A stretch of DNA of 64,000 bases, taken from the NCBI GenBank assembly GCA_017517275.1, contig JAFWZX010000020.1:6289-70288 (forward strand). Reading direction: 5' to 3'. A model generated the notes under the pieces. The model did not search any database and was not told the DNA's origin. It worked only from the letters and a program-made list of their open reading frames with translations. Source of the DNA: Clostridia bacterium. Its GTDB lineage: Bacteria > Bacillota > Clostridia > UBA1212 > UBA1255. Positions 17,728-26,238 of this stretch are shown in pieces. The number at the start of each line of letters is the position of its first letter. The first letter of the stretch is position 1. The translations under genes were made by a program, and so were the position numbers.

Positions 17728-19356
17728 ATGGGGAATAATCATATATTAAATAATCTAAGTCAAGCTCAAAGAGAGATCTGTATGCATGATAAGGGCTTTG
17801 CCCTTGTGCTTGCAGGACCCGGCAGCGGCAAAACTACAGTAACGGTAAGCCGCATATGTCGCCTGGCGACGATATATAAACAGCCACAGAGAATACTCTG
17901 CCAGACGTTTACCGTTGCAGCAGCTCGCGAAATGGAAAACAGATACAATATAAATGCTGTCGGTTCAACGTCCCCTTGCTTCTCAACGATTCACAGTTTC
18001 TGCTATAAGATTATAAGAGAGCATGAACGAAAGACCGGCATTAAGAATACTGTATTGACAGAAAATCAGGCAAATGCCATTCTTCAAAACATATATAAAC
18101 AAATCAATCACCAATCTGCAGAAAATATAATATCTTTTGATTTACTGTCTGCAATAAGCAGAAGCAGGAATCAATTGGATATGTTATCTTTACAAATAAA
18201 AAATTTTCGTATTATAGCGGATAAATATCTGGAATACAAAGTAAAAAATAATTATATTGATTACGATGACATGATTCTTATTGCCAAAAACGTATTAATT
18301 AATAATGATAAATTACGCAAATCCATATGTGGGAGATACGACTATATTCTTTTAGATGAAGCTCAAGATATGACGGAAATGCAATTTGATATAATTGGCT
18401 TAATTGCGCCTCATAATAATATTTTTATTGTGGCGGATGACGACCAGAGTATATACGGCTTTAGAGGTGCTGCTCCAAAGCATCTTATGAGATTTGTAGA
18501 CAAGTTTGATAACGTACGACGATACTATCTGGAACAAAATTACAGATCATGTAAGGAAATCGTAAATCTTGCCTGTAGCGTAATCAAAAAAAACAAAGAA
18601 CGATATGATAAAACCCTTTTTACGGATAATAAGCATAAGGGGAAGGTAAGGATATTATCTTTTAAAGACAGCATAGCACAAACACAGTACGTTTGTGCTG
18701 ACTTATCAAGGCAAACCGGCACTTGCGGTATTTTGTACAGAAACAACAGCTCTGTATTGCTTATCAAAGCAGGTTTGAATATCAATCAAATCAACTACAC
18801 CGTATCTGATAATACGGTCAAAACGTACCAGATTCATCTTATTAATAAATATATAGAGCAAGTGCGAACTCTGTATAGAAATACCGGTCTTGTTATTCCC
18901 GGCATGCGAAGAGCTTTTAATATTATTACACAAAACGGATTTGATAAATATGCACAAGAATACTGTGAGAAGACAGGACAGAGACGAAGATATAAAGAGC
19001 AGATAATGAGCTTCTTGCAGTTTATAAACAGCAAATGCAAAAGTTTAGAAGAAATAATAAGATTTCTTGACTTGATAGATCAAAATATAGAGCAGGCCTC
19101 TGACAATTTGTATCTGTCCACTATCCACGGAGCAAAAGGGCTTGAGTATGACAACGTGTACCTGATTGATATGGTACAGGAAGAATTTCCCGGGCATAAT
19201 AACGTTTCACCCGGGCAGCTTGAAGAAGAACGGCGCCTTTTTTACGTGGCAATTACAAGAGCCAGAAACAATCTTACAATTTGCTATCCTCAAAGACGGT
19301 ACGATACAAAACAGACACCCAGTATTTTTGTGGAAGAATGTCGTGCTATTTATTGA
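17728..19356 (+). CDS. UvrD/Rep-family (SF1A) DNA helicase, short form (~542 aa)
   Basis: The SF1A helicase motifs identified:
- Motif I: LAGPGSGKTTV.
- Motif II: LLDEAQD.
- Motif III: VADDDQSIYGFRGA.
- Motif IV: QNYRS.
- Motif V/VI: STIHGAKGLEYDNVYL and LFYVAITRAR.

The start is taken at ATG 17728, because the track's 17629 start overlaps the upstream terminator. Confidence 0.8.
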   Translation: MGNNHILNNLSQAQREICMHDKGFALVLAGPGSGKTTVTVSRICRLATIYKQPQRILCQTFTVAAAREMENRYNINAVGSTSPCFSTIHSFCYKIIREHERKTGIKNTVLTENQANAILQNIYKQINHQSAENIISFDLLSAISRSRNQLDMLSLQIKNFRIIADKYLEYKVKNNYIDYDDMILIAKNVLINNDKLRKSICGRYDYILLDEAQDMTEMQFDIIGLIAPHNNIFIVADDDQSIYGFRGAAPKHLMRFVDKFDNVRRYYLEQNYRSCKEIVNLACSVIKKNKERYDKTLFTDNKHKGKVRILSFKDSIAQTQYVCADLSRQTGTCGILYRNNSSVLLIKAGLNINQINYTVSDNTVKTYQIHLINKYIEQVRTLYRNTGLVIPGMRRAFNIITQNGFDKYAQEYCEKTGQRRRYKEQIMSFLQFINSKCKSLEEIIRFLDLIDQNIEQASDNLYLSTIHGAKGLEYDNVYLIDMVQEEFPGHNNVSPGQLEEERRLFYVAITRARNNLTICYPQRRYDTKQTPSIFVEECRAIY

Positions 19357-20431
19357 CGATCTGTTTTATAACGCTGTCGCAATATATATTCAGCCTATGA
19401 AAATCCATTGCAGAATAATATATTTTTTCTATTTCTGCATGCATAATGCGAGCTCTGTTAAGCGCGCGGATTGCCCTGTCGATTAATTCATCAAAGCGAT
19501 TGACGTTGTATTTTAAGTCATCTTTGACAGAATAAAGAGCGCAGTCGCACAGAAGGTTATCGATAGGGTAGTCATAGTAAGAATCCGTAGCGTCGATGGC
19601 GTGGTAGGAATTGGAAGTCACAATGGCTATTCCCAACTCTGGTATAATTAAATGCTCCAACACTGATGCATCAAAACCGCAATAGATGCTCTGAGTATTA
19701 AAGCCGTAACATAAAGCCCGATTTCGCAGAAGTTCAAGAATAGCAGATACGTTAATACCGTAGAAAGTCTTGATGGAGTACGTTTTATAACCTGCAACCA
19801 AACCGGCTATATCACCTCGCCGGCCGCCGGGAGTAATTGAAGTTGCAAAGAAAGAGTAGTCTGTTCCGTGAATACTGCTTTCGTGGAAGCTACCGAATAT
19901 CTCATCTGACAGCTCGCTTGTAAATTGATTGACCTTTTCATCGTCCATTGCAATATTCACAATATAATTGCTGTCATCATATATTTGTCCTGCTGCCGCC
20001 AAATAACTGTATGCCCGATTGTAATATACCTGCTTATCAAACATAATAGAAGCGATATTATCTTTATATACCTGAAGCTTTTCACAATCCCAAAAATCGC
20101 CAAGGTTTATTATGTTATCTCTTGCTCCGGCGCAGTAAGGGTCAAGAGAATGTGGCGCGGTGCCGTCTACTACGATCACACGGGCATTAGGGCAGATTAC
20201 GCCGTCCAGACTGTCCGGATCGCCTGAACAGTGAACAATATCTATCTGGTATCCCATGCTGTCCAGCTCACCTATAACTTTCTTAATGAAAGTTGATTTA
20301 CCAGTGCCGGGACCGCCTTTGAGAATGTATAAATTACAAGGGTCGATTTGCGTTAATTGATTATAAAAACCGACGAAGCCGGTTCGGGTATTTCCGCCAA
20401 GATATATGTGTCGTTTGTTGTAATTTGCCAT
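19346..20431 (-). CDS. Uncharacterised P-loop NTPase (conserved Firmicutes ~360-aa ATPase family)
   Basis: The N-terminus is HIYLGGNTRTGFVGFY...LYILKGGPGTGKSTFIKKV (Walker A), followed by HCSGDPDSLDGVICPNARVIVVDGTAPH (Walker-B-like). It resembles a family I recognise only as conserved hypothetical ATPases in Bacilli and Clostridia. Confidence 0.65.
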   Translation of the reverse strand: MANYNKRHIYLGGNTRTGFVGFYNQLTQIDPCNLYILKGGPGTGKSTFIKKVIGELDSMGYQIDIVHCSGDPDSLDGVICPNARVIVVDGTAPHSLDPYCAGARDNIINLGDFWDCEKLQVYKDNIASIMFDKQVYYNRAYSYLAAAGQIYDDSNYIVNIAMDDEKVNQFTSELSDEIFGSFHESSIHGTDYSFFATSITPGGRRGDIAGLVAGYKTYSIKTFYGINVSAILELLRNRALCYGFNTQSIYCGFDASVLEHLIIPELGIAIVTSNSYHAIDATDSYYDYPIDNLLCDCALYSVKDDLKYNVNRFDELIDRAIRALNRARIMHAEIEKIYYSAMDFHRLNIYCDSVIKQIVNK

Positions 20432-20533
20432 AACGGTAGCCTTTCTTTTAAATATACTACAGAGTTCATTGTATGCTTTTTACTTAATATGTGTTACAAT
20501 GACAAAGAATATTATCAGTATGGTAGGTATTTT

Positions 20534-23176
20534 ATGAAAACAATGTTACTCATAGATGGAAACAGCATTATAAACAGAGCATTCTATGCTACTCAAAATA
20601 CGTTTATGACAAATAGCCGCGGTGTGCCCACCGGTGCTGTTTACGGATTTATGAATATATATTTAAAACAAGTTCAACAGCTTGCTCCTGACTACGTTTG
20701 TGTAGCATTTGACGTACACGAGCCGACTTTTCGACATGAACAATATTCGGAATATAAAGCAGGTCGTAAGGGAATGCCCGAAGAGCTGGCGGCTCAAATG
20801 CCTATCTTGAAAAATATGCTAAAGGCTATGAACGTAGCTTACGTTGAATGCCCGGGCTATGAGGCAGATGACATAATAGGAACACTCTCTTGCCTTGCTA
20901 AAGACAATTCTGTAAACTGTAGGATATTAACAGGCGACAGAGATTCTTTACAACTTATAAATGACTATGTCCACGTCCTGTTATACGTAACGAAAGCAGG
21001 TCATCCTGATATAATAGATATGGATATTGCTTCTGTACAAGAGAAATACGGAGTGTCACCTCGCATGCTTATCGACGTTAAGGCTCTTATGGGCGATTCA
21101 TCTGATAATATCCCCGGGGTCTTGGGGATAGGCGAGAAGACTGCTCTTGACTTGATATCTACTTACGGCTGTCTTGACGGAGTGTATGAGAATATTAATT
21201 GCATTACAAAGAAGGCCTTGAATGCCAAATTAACGGCCGGCAAAGACAGCGCATATATGAGCTATGAGCTTGGAAGAATCTGTCTGAATGCGCCGATTAA
21301 TATTTGCCTAAACGATATTACCGTAAGAGAATATGACCACAAGGCGTTATTAGATATTTTAGACGACCTTGAATTACGCTCTTTAAAACAAAAAATGGGA
21401 TATAATGACAAGCAGAAAAACTCTTTGCTTACACAGACACAAGCATCAGAAGACGATAACGGGCAGTTTTCGTTATTTGGCTTTGCTGAGGAAAAGGATA
21501 ATAAAGAAGAACCGGACAGGCAGACCGCAACTGAATTACTTCAATATATTTCTGAAAACTCGATAAATACTGTAAATCTTTACGTTTTACCGTCTGATAT
21601 TAAAGGTCAGATATCTTTTATTGATATAGAAGCGGGCGGCGTGTCGTGTAGATATAACGTATCGGAAGGGGCATCTGAAGACTATAACAGTGTTATAAAT
21701 ATACTGGAAAATCCACTGATTTCCAAGATTACTTATGATGCCAAACCGTTATACCTGTGGATGATGAATCAAGGGAAAAAACTTGACGGAGTCCGCTTCG
21801 ATATACTTATTGCGGCTTATCTTGCTGATCCTACTCGTAAAATCGGAAGTCTGGATGATGCTGCCAGATTTTTCACGCACAAGACTTTAGTGCCAAACGT
21901 TTTCGCTATAGGTGTTATATGTGATGCTGCGAAGGAGAAACTAACCGCTGACGGCTTGAACAAACTTTTTTATGAGGTAGAAATGCCGCTTATTGAGGTG
22001 TTGGCGGCTTTTGAATACGAGGGCTTCCGTGTTGACGGTGATGAGCTTGCCAGACAAGGTGCAGAACTTGACAGGACTATTTCCCAGTGTGAAAATGAAA
22101 TTTATCGGCTCGCAGGCCACGAATTTAACGTCAATTCTCCAAAACAACTGTCACAGGTGTTGTTTGAAGAGATGGGAATTAAACCGAAAAAGAAAACAAA
22201 AAGCGGATATTCAACAGGAATGGATGCTATTGAGGATCTTGTTGATTTACATGAGATTATTCCTCTGATTATTGAATACAGACAGAACACAAAGCTGAAA
22301 TCTACGTACATTACAGGTCTTAAGAGCCAGATAAACAGTAAAACGGGCAGGGTTCACTCCCGCTTCAATCAGACCGTAACGGCCACAGGCAGAATCAGCA
22401 GCACCGAGCCTAATCTTCAAAATATTCCGGTCAGAAGCGAGTTGGGAAGAATGATAAGAAGAGCTTTCCTTCCGGCAGAGGGCAACGTACTGATAGATGC
22501 GGACTATTCACAGATTGAGCTTAGAGTTCTTGCTCATATGGCCAACGACAGCGCTATGACGGAGGCTTTTATTTCCGGCAAGGATATTCATGCCGCTACC
22601 GCCGCCAAGGTAAACGGGATTGATATATCCGAGGTCACTCCTCTTATGAGAAGCCATGCCAAAGCAGTGAATTTTGGCATTGTCTACGGAATGAGTGATT
22701 TTGGTCTGGCAAAGGATCTCGGCATAAGCGTTGCTGCCGCGAAGAAATATATAGAAGCATATTTCAGAGAATACAGCTCTGCTAAAGCGTTCATAGATAC
22801 GCTGATACGCGATGCACGAGAAAGCGGATTTGCCTCGACTTTGATGGGTAGACGCAGGTATATTCCGGAATTTACATCTGCAAAACATACAATAAGAAGC
22901 TTTGGGGACAGAGTTGCCAGGAATATGCCGATTCAGGGTACAGCTGCTGATATTATTAAAATTGCCATGGTACGTGTGTATAATGCGCTGAAGAAAGGCG
23001 GATATAAATCACGTTTGATATTACAGGTGCACGACTCGCTGCTTATTGATGCGGCGGCAGATGAACAAGACGACGTTATAGCAATTCTCCGTGAAAATAT
23101 GGAAAATGCTTTTGATATGAGTGTTCCGCTGAAGGTAAATATTTGCAGCGGTACTAATTGGTATGATTGTAAGTAA
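20534..23176 (+). CDS. polA: DNA polymerase I
   Basis: The 5' nuclease domain has LLIDGNSIINRAFYA and GDRDSLQL. The family-A polymerase motifs are DYSQIELRVLAH (A), RSHAKAVNFGIVYG (B) and QVHDSLLID (C). The start is ATG 20534 (MKTML). The track's upstream extension crosses the divergent promoter region. Confidence 0.95.
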   Translation: MKTMLLIDGNSIINRAFYATQNTFMTNSRGVPTGAVYGFMNIYLKQVQQLAPDYVCVAFDVHEPTFRHEQYSEYKAGRKGMPEELAAQMPILKNMLKAMNVAYVECPGYEADDIIGTLSCLAKDNSVNCRILTGDRDSLQLINDYVHVLLYVTKAGHPDIIDMDIASVQEKYGVSPRMLIDVKALMGDSSDNIPGVLGIGEKTALDLISTYGCLDGVYENINCITKKALNAKLTAGKDSAYMSYELGRICLNAPINICLNDITVREYDHKALLDILDDLELRSLKQKMGYNDKQKNSLLTQTQASEDDNGQFSLFGFAEEKDNKEEPDRQTATELLQYISENSINTVNLYVLPSDIKGQISFIDIEAGGVSCRYNVSEGASEDYNSVINILENPLISKITYDAKPLYLWMMNQGKKLDGVRFDILIAAYLADPTRKIGSLDDAARFFTHKTLVPNVFAIGVICDAAKEKLTADGLNKLFYEVEMPLIEVLAAFEYEGFRVDGDELARQGAELDRTISQCENEIYRLAGHEFNVNSPKQLSQVLFEEMGIKPKKKTKSGYSTGMDAIEDLVDLHEIIPLIIEYRQNTKLKSTYITGLKSQINSKTGRVHSRFNQTVTATGRISSTEPNLQNIPVRSELGRMIRRAFLPAEGNVLIDADYSQIELRVLAHMANDSAMTEAFISGKDIHAATAAKVNGIDISEVTPLMRSHAKAVNFGIVYGMSDFGLAKDLGISVAAAKKYIEAYFREYSSAKAFIDTLIRDARESGFASTLMGRRRYIPEFTSAKHTIRSFGDRVARNMPIQGTAADIIKIAMVRVYNALKKGGYKSRLILQVHDSLLIDAAADEQDDVIAILRENMENAFDMSVPLKVNICSGTNWYDCK

Positions 23177-23190
23177 GGAGTAGGATTGAA

Positions 23191-23796
23191 ATGAAAATAT
23201 TAGGAGTAACAGGCGGCAGTGGGACAGGTAAGACAAGTGTCTGTACAATCTTAAAAGAAGAAGGCGGCAAAATAATAGATGCGGATAAGATTACACGCAA
23301 GCTTCAAAGGAAAGGCGAAGCTGCGTATAATGAGATAGTAGATTATTTCACCGAGGATATTCTGCTTCCCGACGGAGAGCTTGACCGCAAAAAGCTTGGC
23401 AACATTGTTTTTGCCGACAGAGCGAAGCTGAACAAATTAAACTCTATAGTACATAAGCACGTTACAAAAGAAATTAAACGCCGTGTAGAAAAATACAGTA
23501 ATGACGATACCGGGAGATATCGTTTTATAGTGTTGGATGTGCCGATTCCGATAGAGGAAGGCTTCTTTGATACTGTTAATTACGTGTGGGCCGTAGTTGC
23601 AAACGACGATTTGCGTATAAGCCGTATCATGGAGCGAATGAATATTTCTGAACAGGAAGCGATTACCAGGATCAGTTCCCAGATGAGTAACAGAGAGTAT
23701 GAGGAGATTGCTGACTGTACCATTGTAAATGAAGAAGACTTCTTCAGACTTAAAAGTCTTGTCCAATATGAATTAAATCGATTTTTAGCACAGTAA
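23191..23796 (+). CDS. coaE: Dephospho-CoA kinase
   Basis: MKILGVTGGSGTGKTS P-loop, about 200 aa, in the conserved polA-coaE arrangement. AAGGAG RBS. Confidence 0.9.
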   Translation: MKILGVTGGSGTGKTSVCTILKEEGGKIIDADKITRKLQRKGEAAYNEIVDYFTEDILLPDGELDRKKLGNIVFADRAKLNKLNSIVHKHVTKEIKRRVEKYSNDDTGRYRFIVLDVPIPIEEGFFDTVNYVWAVVANDDLRISRIMERMNISEQEAITRISSQMSNREYEEIADCTIVNEEDFFRLKSLVQYELNRFLAQ

Positions 23797-23847
23797 AGTC
23801 ATATTTGATGGTAAACTGCATATATATACATATTGTGGGGTGATTTT

Positions 23848-24831
23848 GTGAGATACAGCAGTAAACAGATAAACGAATACGTTGCAAATGGGGATATTGA
23901 TAAATTAATTCAATTCTCCGAAGAGAAGCATACTCTCCAGATGGAGATGCTGCTTAAGCGTATTTTTAACGAGGCTGATAATAATTCTTCTGAAGATCTT
24001 ACCGATGCGATTTTGATTACCGGCCCTTCAGCCTCCGGTAAGACAACCTTTTCTAATAATCTTGCAAAAATTCTTGACGAATACGGATATAACAGTACGG
24101 TTGTATCATTTGATGACTATTTTCTTGACAGGGACGTAATACAGCGTAATCAGATTGCTAAGGGCTTTGATCCTCTTAAAGGTGAAGATTTCGATTATGA
24201 AACGATTGAGACGGTAGACGTTGAGTATTTCAGGCGTCAGATGCGACAATATACAAGGGGAGAGAGTGTAGAATTGCCTCGATACGATTTTACTTCGGGG
24301 ACCCGTGCCAAAACAGGCCGAATTATCAAATCTACACACCGCGACGTGATTATTCTTGAGGGGATTCATGCCTTTTCACCGGGTTTGTGCGATGGACTTG
24401 GTTTTCATAATGCGCTTAAGGTTTATATTTGTCCTTTTGATGAATATGCGGTAGATGTACCGGCGAAGGTTATATCTGACGATTGTGTTCTTACTTCTCC
24501 CCAGATCCGATTCATGAGAAGAGCTATCCGCGACAGAGTAAAGAGGAATGCACCGCTTGGCAGAACGCTGGAAATGTGGAGAGGCGTCATCCGCGGCGAG
24601 AAGGCTTATATGGAGCCGATTGTGAAGTATGCAGATTTATTCTTTAATTCTTCATTGACTTATGAATTAATCTATCTGTCGAAGAAAATGCTTGATATTC
24701 TTGATGAGTCGTCGCCGGAGGAATATGAGAAATTCAGCCGAATCATCAATCCCGGACTTTTGACAGCATTTGAAGGAAGAAAGTTGCTTTCTGTTCCTGA
24801 AAACTCGATTTTTAACGAGTTTTATGTGTGA
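23848..24831 (+). CDS. Uridine kinase/phosphoribulokinase-family P-loop kinase-like protein
   Basis: ILITGPSASGKTTFSNNLA (Walker A), SFDDYF, LPRYDFTSG and VIILEGIHAF are arranged as in the udk/PRK family, with an extra N-terminal region. The start is uncertain (GTG 23848 after GGGGTGA, or TTG 23833). Confidence 0.6.
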   Translation: MRYSSKQINEYVANGDIDKLIQFSEEKHTLQMEMLLKRIFNEADNNSSEDLTDAILITGPSASGKTTFSNNLAKILDEYGYNSTVVSFDDYFLDRDVIQRNQIAKGFDPLKGEDFDYETIETVDVEYFRRQMRQYTRGESVELPRYDFTSGTRAKTGRIIKSTHRDVIILEGIHAFSPGLCDGLGFHNALKVYICPFDEYAVDVPAKVISDDCVLTSPQIRFMRRAIRDRVKRNAPLGRTLEMWRGVIRGEKAYMEPIVKYADLFFNSSLTYELIYLSKKMLDILDESSPEEYEKFSRIINPGLLTAFEGRKLLSVPENSIFNEFYV

Positions 24832-24848
24832 TTTTTCACCGCAAAATA

Positions 24849-24877
24849 TTGACACTTATGCGCCAAAATAGTAGTAT
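24849..24877 (+). promoter_or_regulatory. Candidate SigA promoter heading the long + strand gene array
   Basis: TTGACA (24849-24854), a 17-nt spacer, then TAGTAT (24872-24877). Confidence 0.45.
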
Positions 24878-24913
24878 AAACAGTGTCTATTTTTTAAAAG
24901 GAGATGTTTTTTT

Positions 24914-25159
24914 ATGAAGAGTATGATGATTACACTTAAGTCTATAGAGGACGTAAAGTTATTTATAAATGAAGTAAACAAATTGTCTTGTGATGCAGAC
25001 CTTACGTCCGGCAGGTATGTTATTGATGCGAAGTCAATTATGGGTATTTTCTCACTTGATCTTGCAAATTCAATTAAACTTGACGTTCATTGCAAAGAAG
25101 AAGATACAGCCAGTGTTGATGCGTTTTTCAGCGCAATTGCAAAATTTGAATCTAAATAA
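24914..25159 (+). CDS. HPr-domain protein lacking the His15 loop (Crh-like)
   Basis: 81 aa. VIDAKSIMGIFSLDL aligns with the HPr Ser46 region (V-N-x-KSIMGVMSLG). The N-terminal G-x-HARPA active-site loop has no counterpart and no His occurs there. Confidence 0.65.
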   Translation: MKSMMITLKSIEDVKLFINEVNKLSCDADLTSGRYVIDAKSIMGIFSLDLANSIKLDVHCKEEDTASVDAFFSAIAKFESK

Positions 25160-25182
25160 AACCGGAAGAGAAGTGATTTTTA

Positions 25183-25464
25183 ATGGATCTCACAAACACC
25201 ATGTTTTTTGTAGTGCCGAATGAAACACAACCGCAAGTAAGCCAAGTGCTTCATGACATTTATTTCGCACTTAAAGAAAAAGGTTATAATCCTATAAGCC
25301 AGTTAGTTGGGTACGTTATGTCAGGTGATCCTACGTACATAACGAACTACAAAAATGCCAGATCTCTTATAACACGTATTGAACGCGACGAGATCATTGA
25401 AGCTTTGTTCGAGTTTTATATTGAAGAGAATTTTGAAAAAAAAGGCGAGGATAACGAGAAATAA
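25183..25464 (+). CDS. IreB-family regulatory phosphoprotein (UPF0297, YrzL-like)
   Basis: VLHDIYFALKEKGYNPISQLVGYVMSGDPTYITNYKNARSLI is the characteristic UPF0297 core. It sits immediately upstream of ruvX, as in the B. subtilis yrzL-yrrK-yrzB arrangement. Confidence 0.8.
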   Translation: MDLTNTMFFVVPNETQPQVSQVLHDIYFALKEKGYNPISQLVGYVMSGDPTYITNYKNARSLITRIERDEIIEALFEFYIEENFEKKGEDNEK

Positions 25465-25886
25465 TGAGAATCTTGGGATTGGATTACGGAGAGGCCCGCG
25501 TAGGTGTGGCTGTAAGTGATGAATCCGGCAAGATTGCCTTTGACTGCGGTATTATTGATGCGACGAAGGGAAGAAACTTCGTTTCCTTGCAGGTCCTTGA
25601 ACTTGCGGATAAGTACAATACAGATACTGTAGTTATCGGTTATCCTGTGAATATGGACGGCAGTCACGGATTCCGTGTTAAGGCTACAGAAAAGTTTGCA
25701 AAGTACCTGGCACAGATGAGACCGACTCTCAGAATAGAATTCTTTGATGAACGTCTTACGACGAAGAGCGCAGATGCAGCTCTGCTTGAGATGGGTGTAT
25801 CCCAGCGACATAAAGGAATGAATGATATTATTGCAGCTATGCTTATTCTGCAGGCATATTTAGACAGCAAGGATATTGGAGGATAA
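25464..25886 (+). CDS. ruvX: Putative pre-16S rRNA nuclease / Holliday-junction resolvase-like RuvX (YqgF)
   Basis: The N-terminus MRILGLDYGEARVGVAVSD and DERLTT motif are present; 140 aa. The ATG overlaps the upstream TAA (TAATG). Confidence 0.9.
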   Translation: MRILGLDYGEARVGVAVSDESGKIAFDCGIIDATKGRNFVSLQVLELADKYNTDTVVIGYPVNMDGSHGFRVKATEKFAKYLAQMRPTLRIEFFDERLTTKSADAALLEMGVSQRHKGMNDIIAAMLILQAYLDSKDIGG

Positions 25887-25887
25887 C

Positions 25888-26217
25888 ATGAGTAAGGATA
25901 ATTACATGGACGATTCAATTCAGACGTTTACTTTAACGGATGAAGACGGTAACGATTATTTATTTGATTTGCTTGGCTTTGTTGACTATGGGGACAAGCT
26001 TTATTCTGTTTTAGAGCCCCATGACGAAGATGATGACGAGGGGGTTGTTATCATGGAGACTTCTTTTAATAAGAATAATGAACCCCTTTTCACATACGTA
26101 GAGGATTATGACCTTGCAGAAGAGATTTTGAATGAATATTACGACAATCTTGATCGTGAATTTGACGAGAGTAATGATGAGATGTACGATGAAGATGATG
26201 ACGATGATGATGAATAA
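25888..26217 (+). CDS. DUF1292 (YrzB-like) acidic protein
   Basis: FTLTDEDGNDYLFDLLGFVDYGDKLYSVLEP is the DUF1292 core, and a poly-Asp/Glu tail follows. ATG 25888 lies after GGAGG. Confidence 0.8.
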   Translation: MSKDNYMDDSIQTFTLTDEDGNDYLFDLLGFVDYGDKLYSVLEPHDEDDDEGVVIMETSFNKNNEPLFTYVEDYDLAEEILNEYYDNLDREFDESNDEMYDEDDDDDDE

Positions 26218-26238
26218 TATCTAAGGAGACAGAAAATT

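Noticed and set aside
20357-20533. N-terminal extensions in the ORF track: polA from 20357, SH3 peptidase from 13415, surface protein from 16753, helicase from 17629, recJ from 60306, nucleoside hydrolase from 50473, V-ATPase A from 32329, amidotransferase from 4933.
   Set aside because: The extensions run through promoters, terminators or the 3' ends of upstream genes, and they lack an RBS. In each case a downstream ATG, GTG or TTG with a GGAGG-like RBS begins exactly at the conserved N-terminus of the family.
26218-26238. Expected SAM (S-box) riboswitch or T-box leader upstream of metY, and a purine riboswitch upstream of purL (36158-36183).
   Set aside because: Only 21 nt and 26 nt respectively separate these genes from the preceding stop codons. 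That is too short for any riboswitch, so none is called. The regulatory implication is noted under the gene-array finding.
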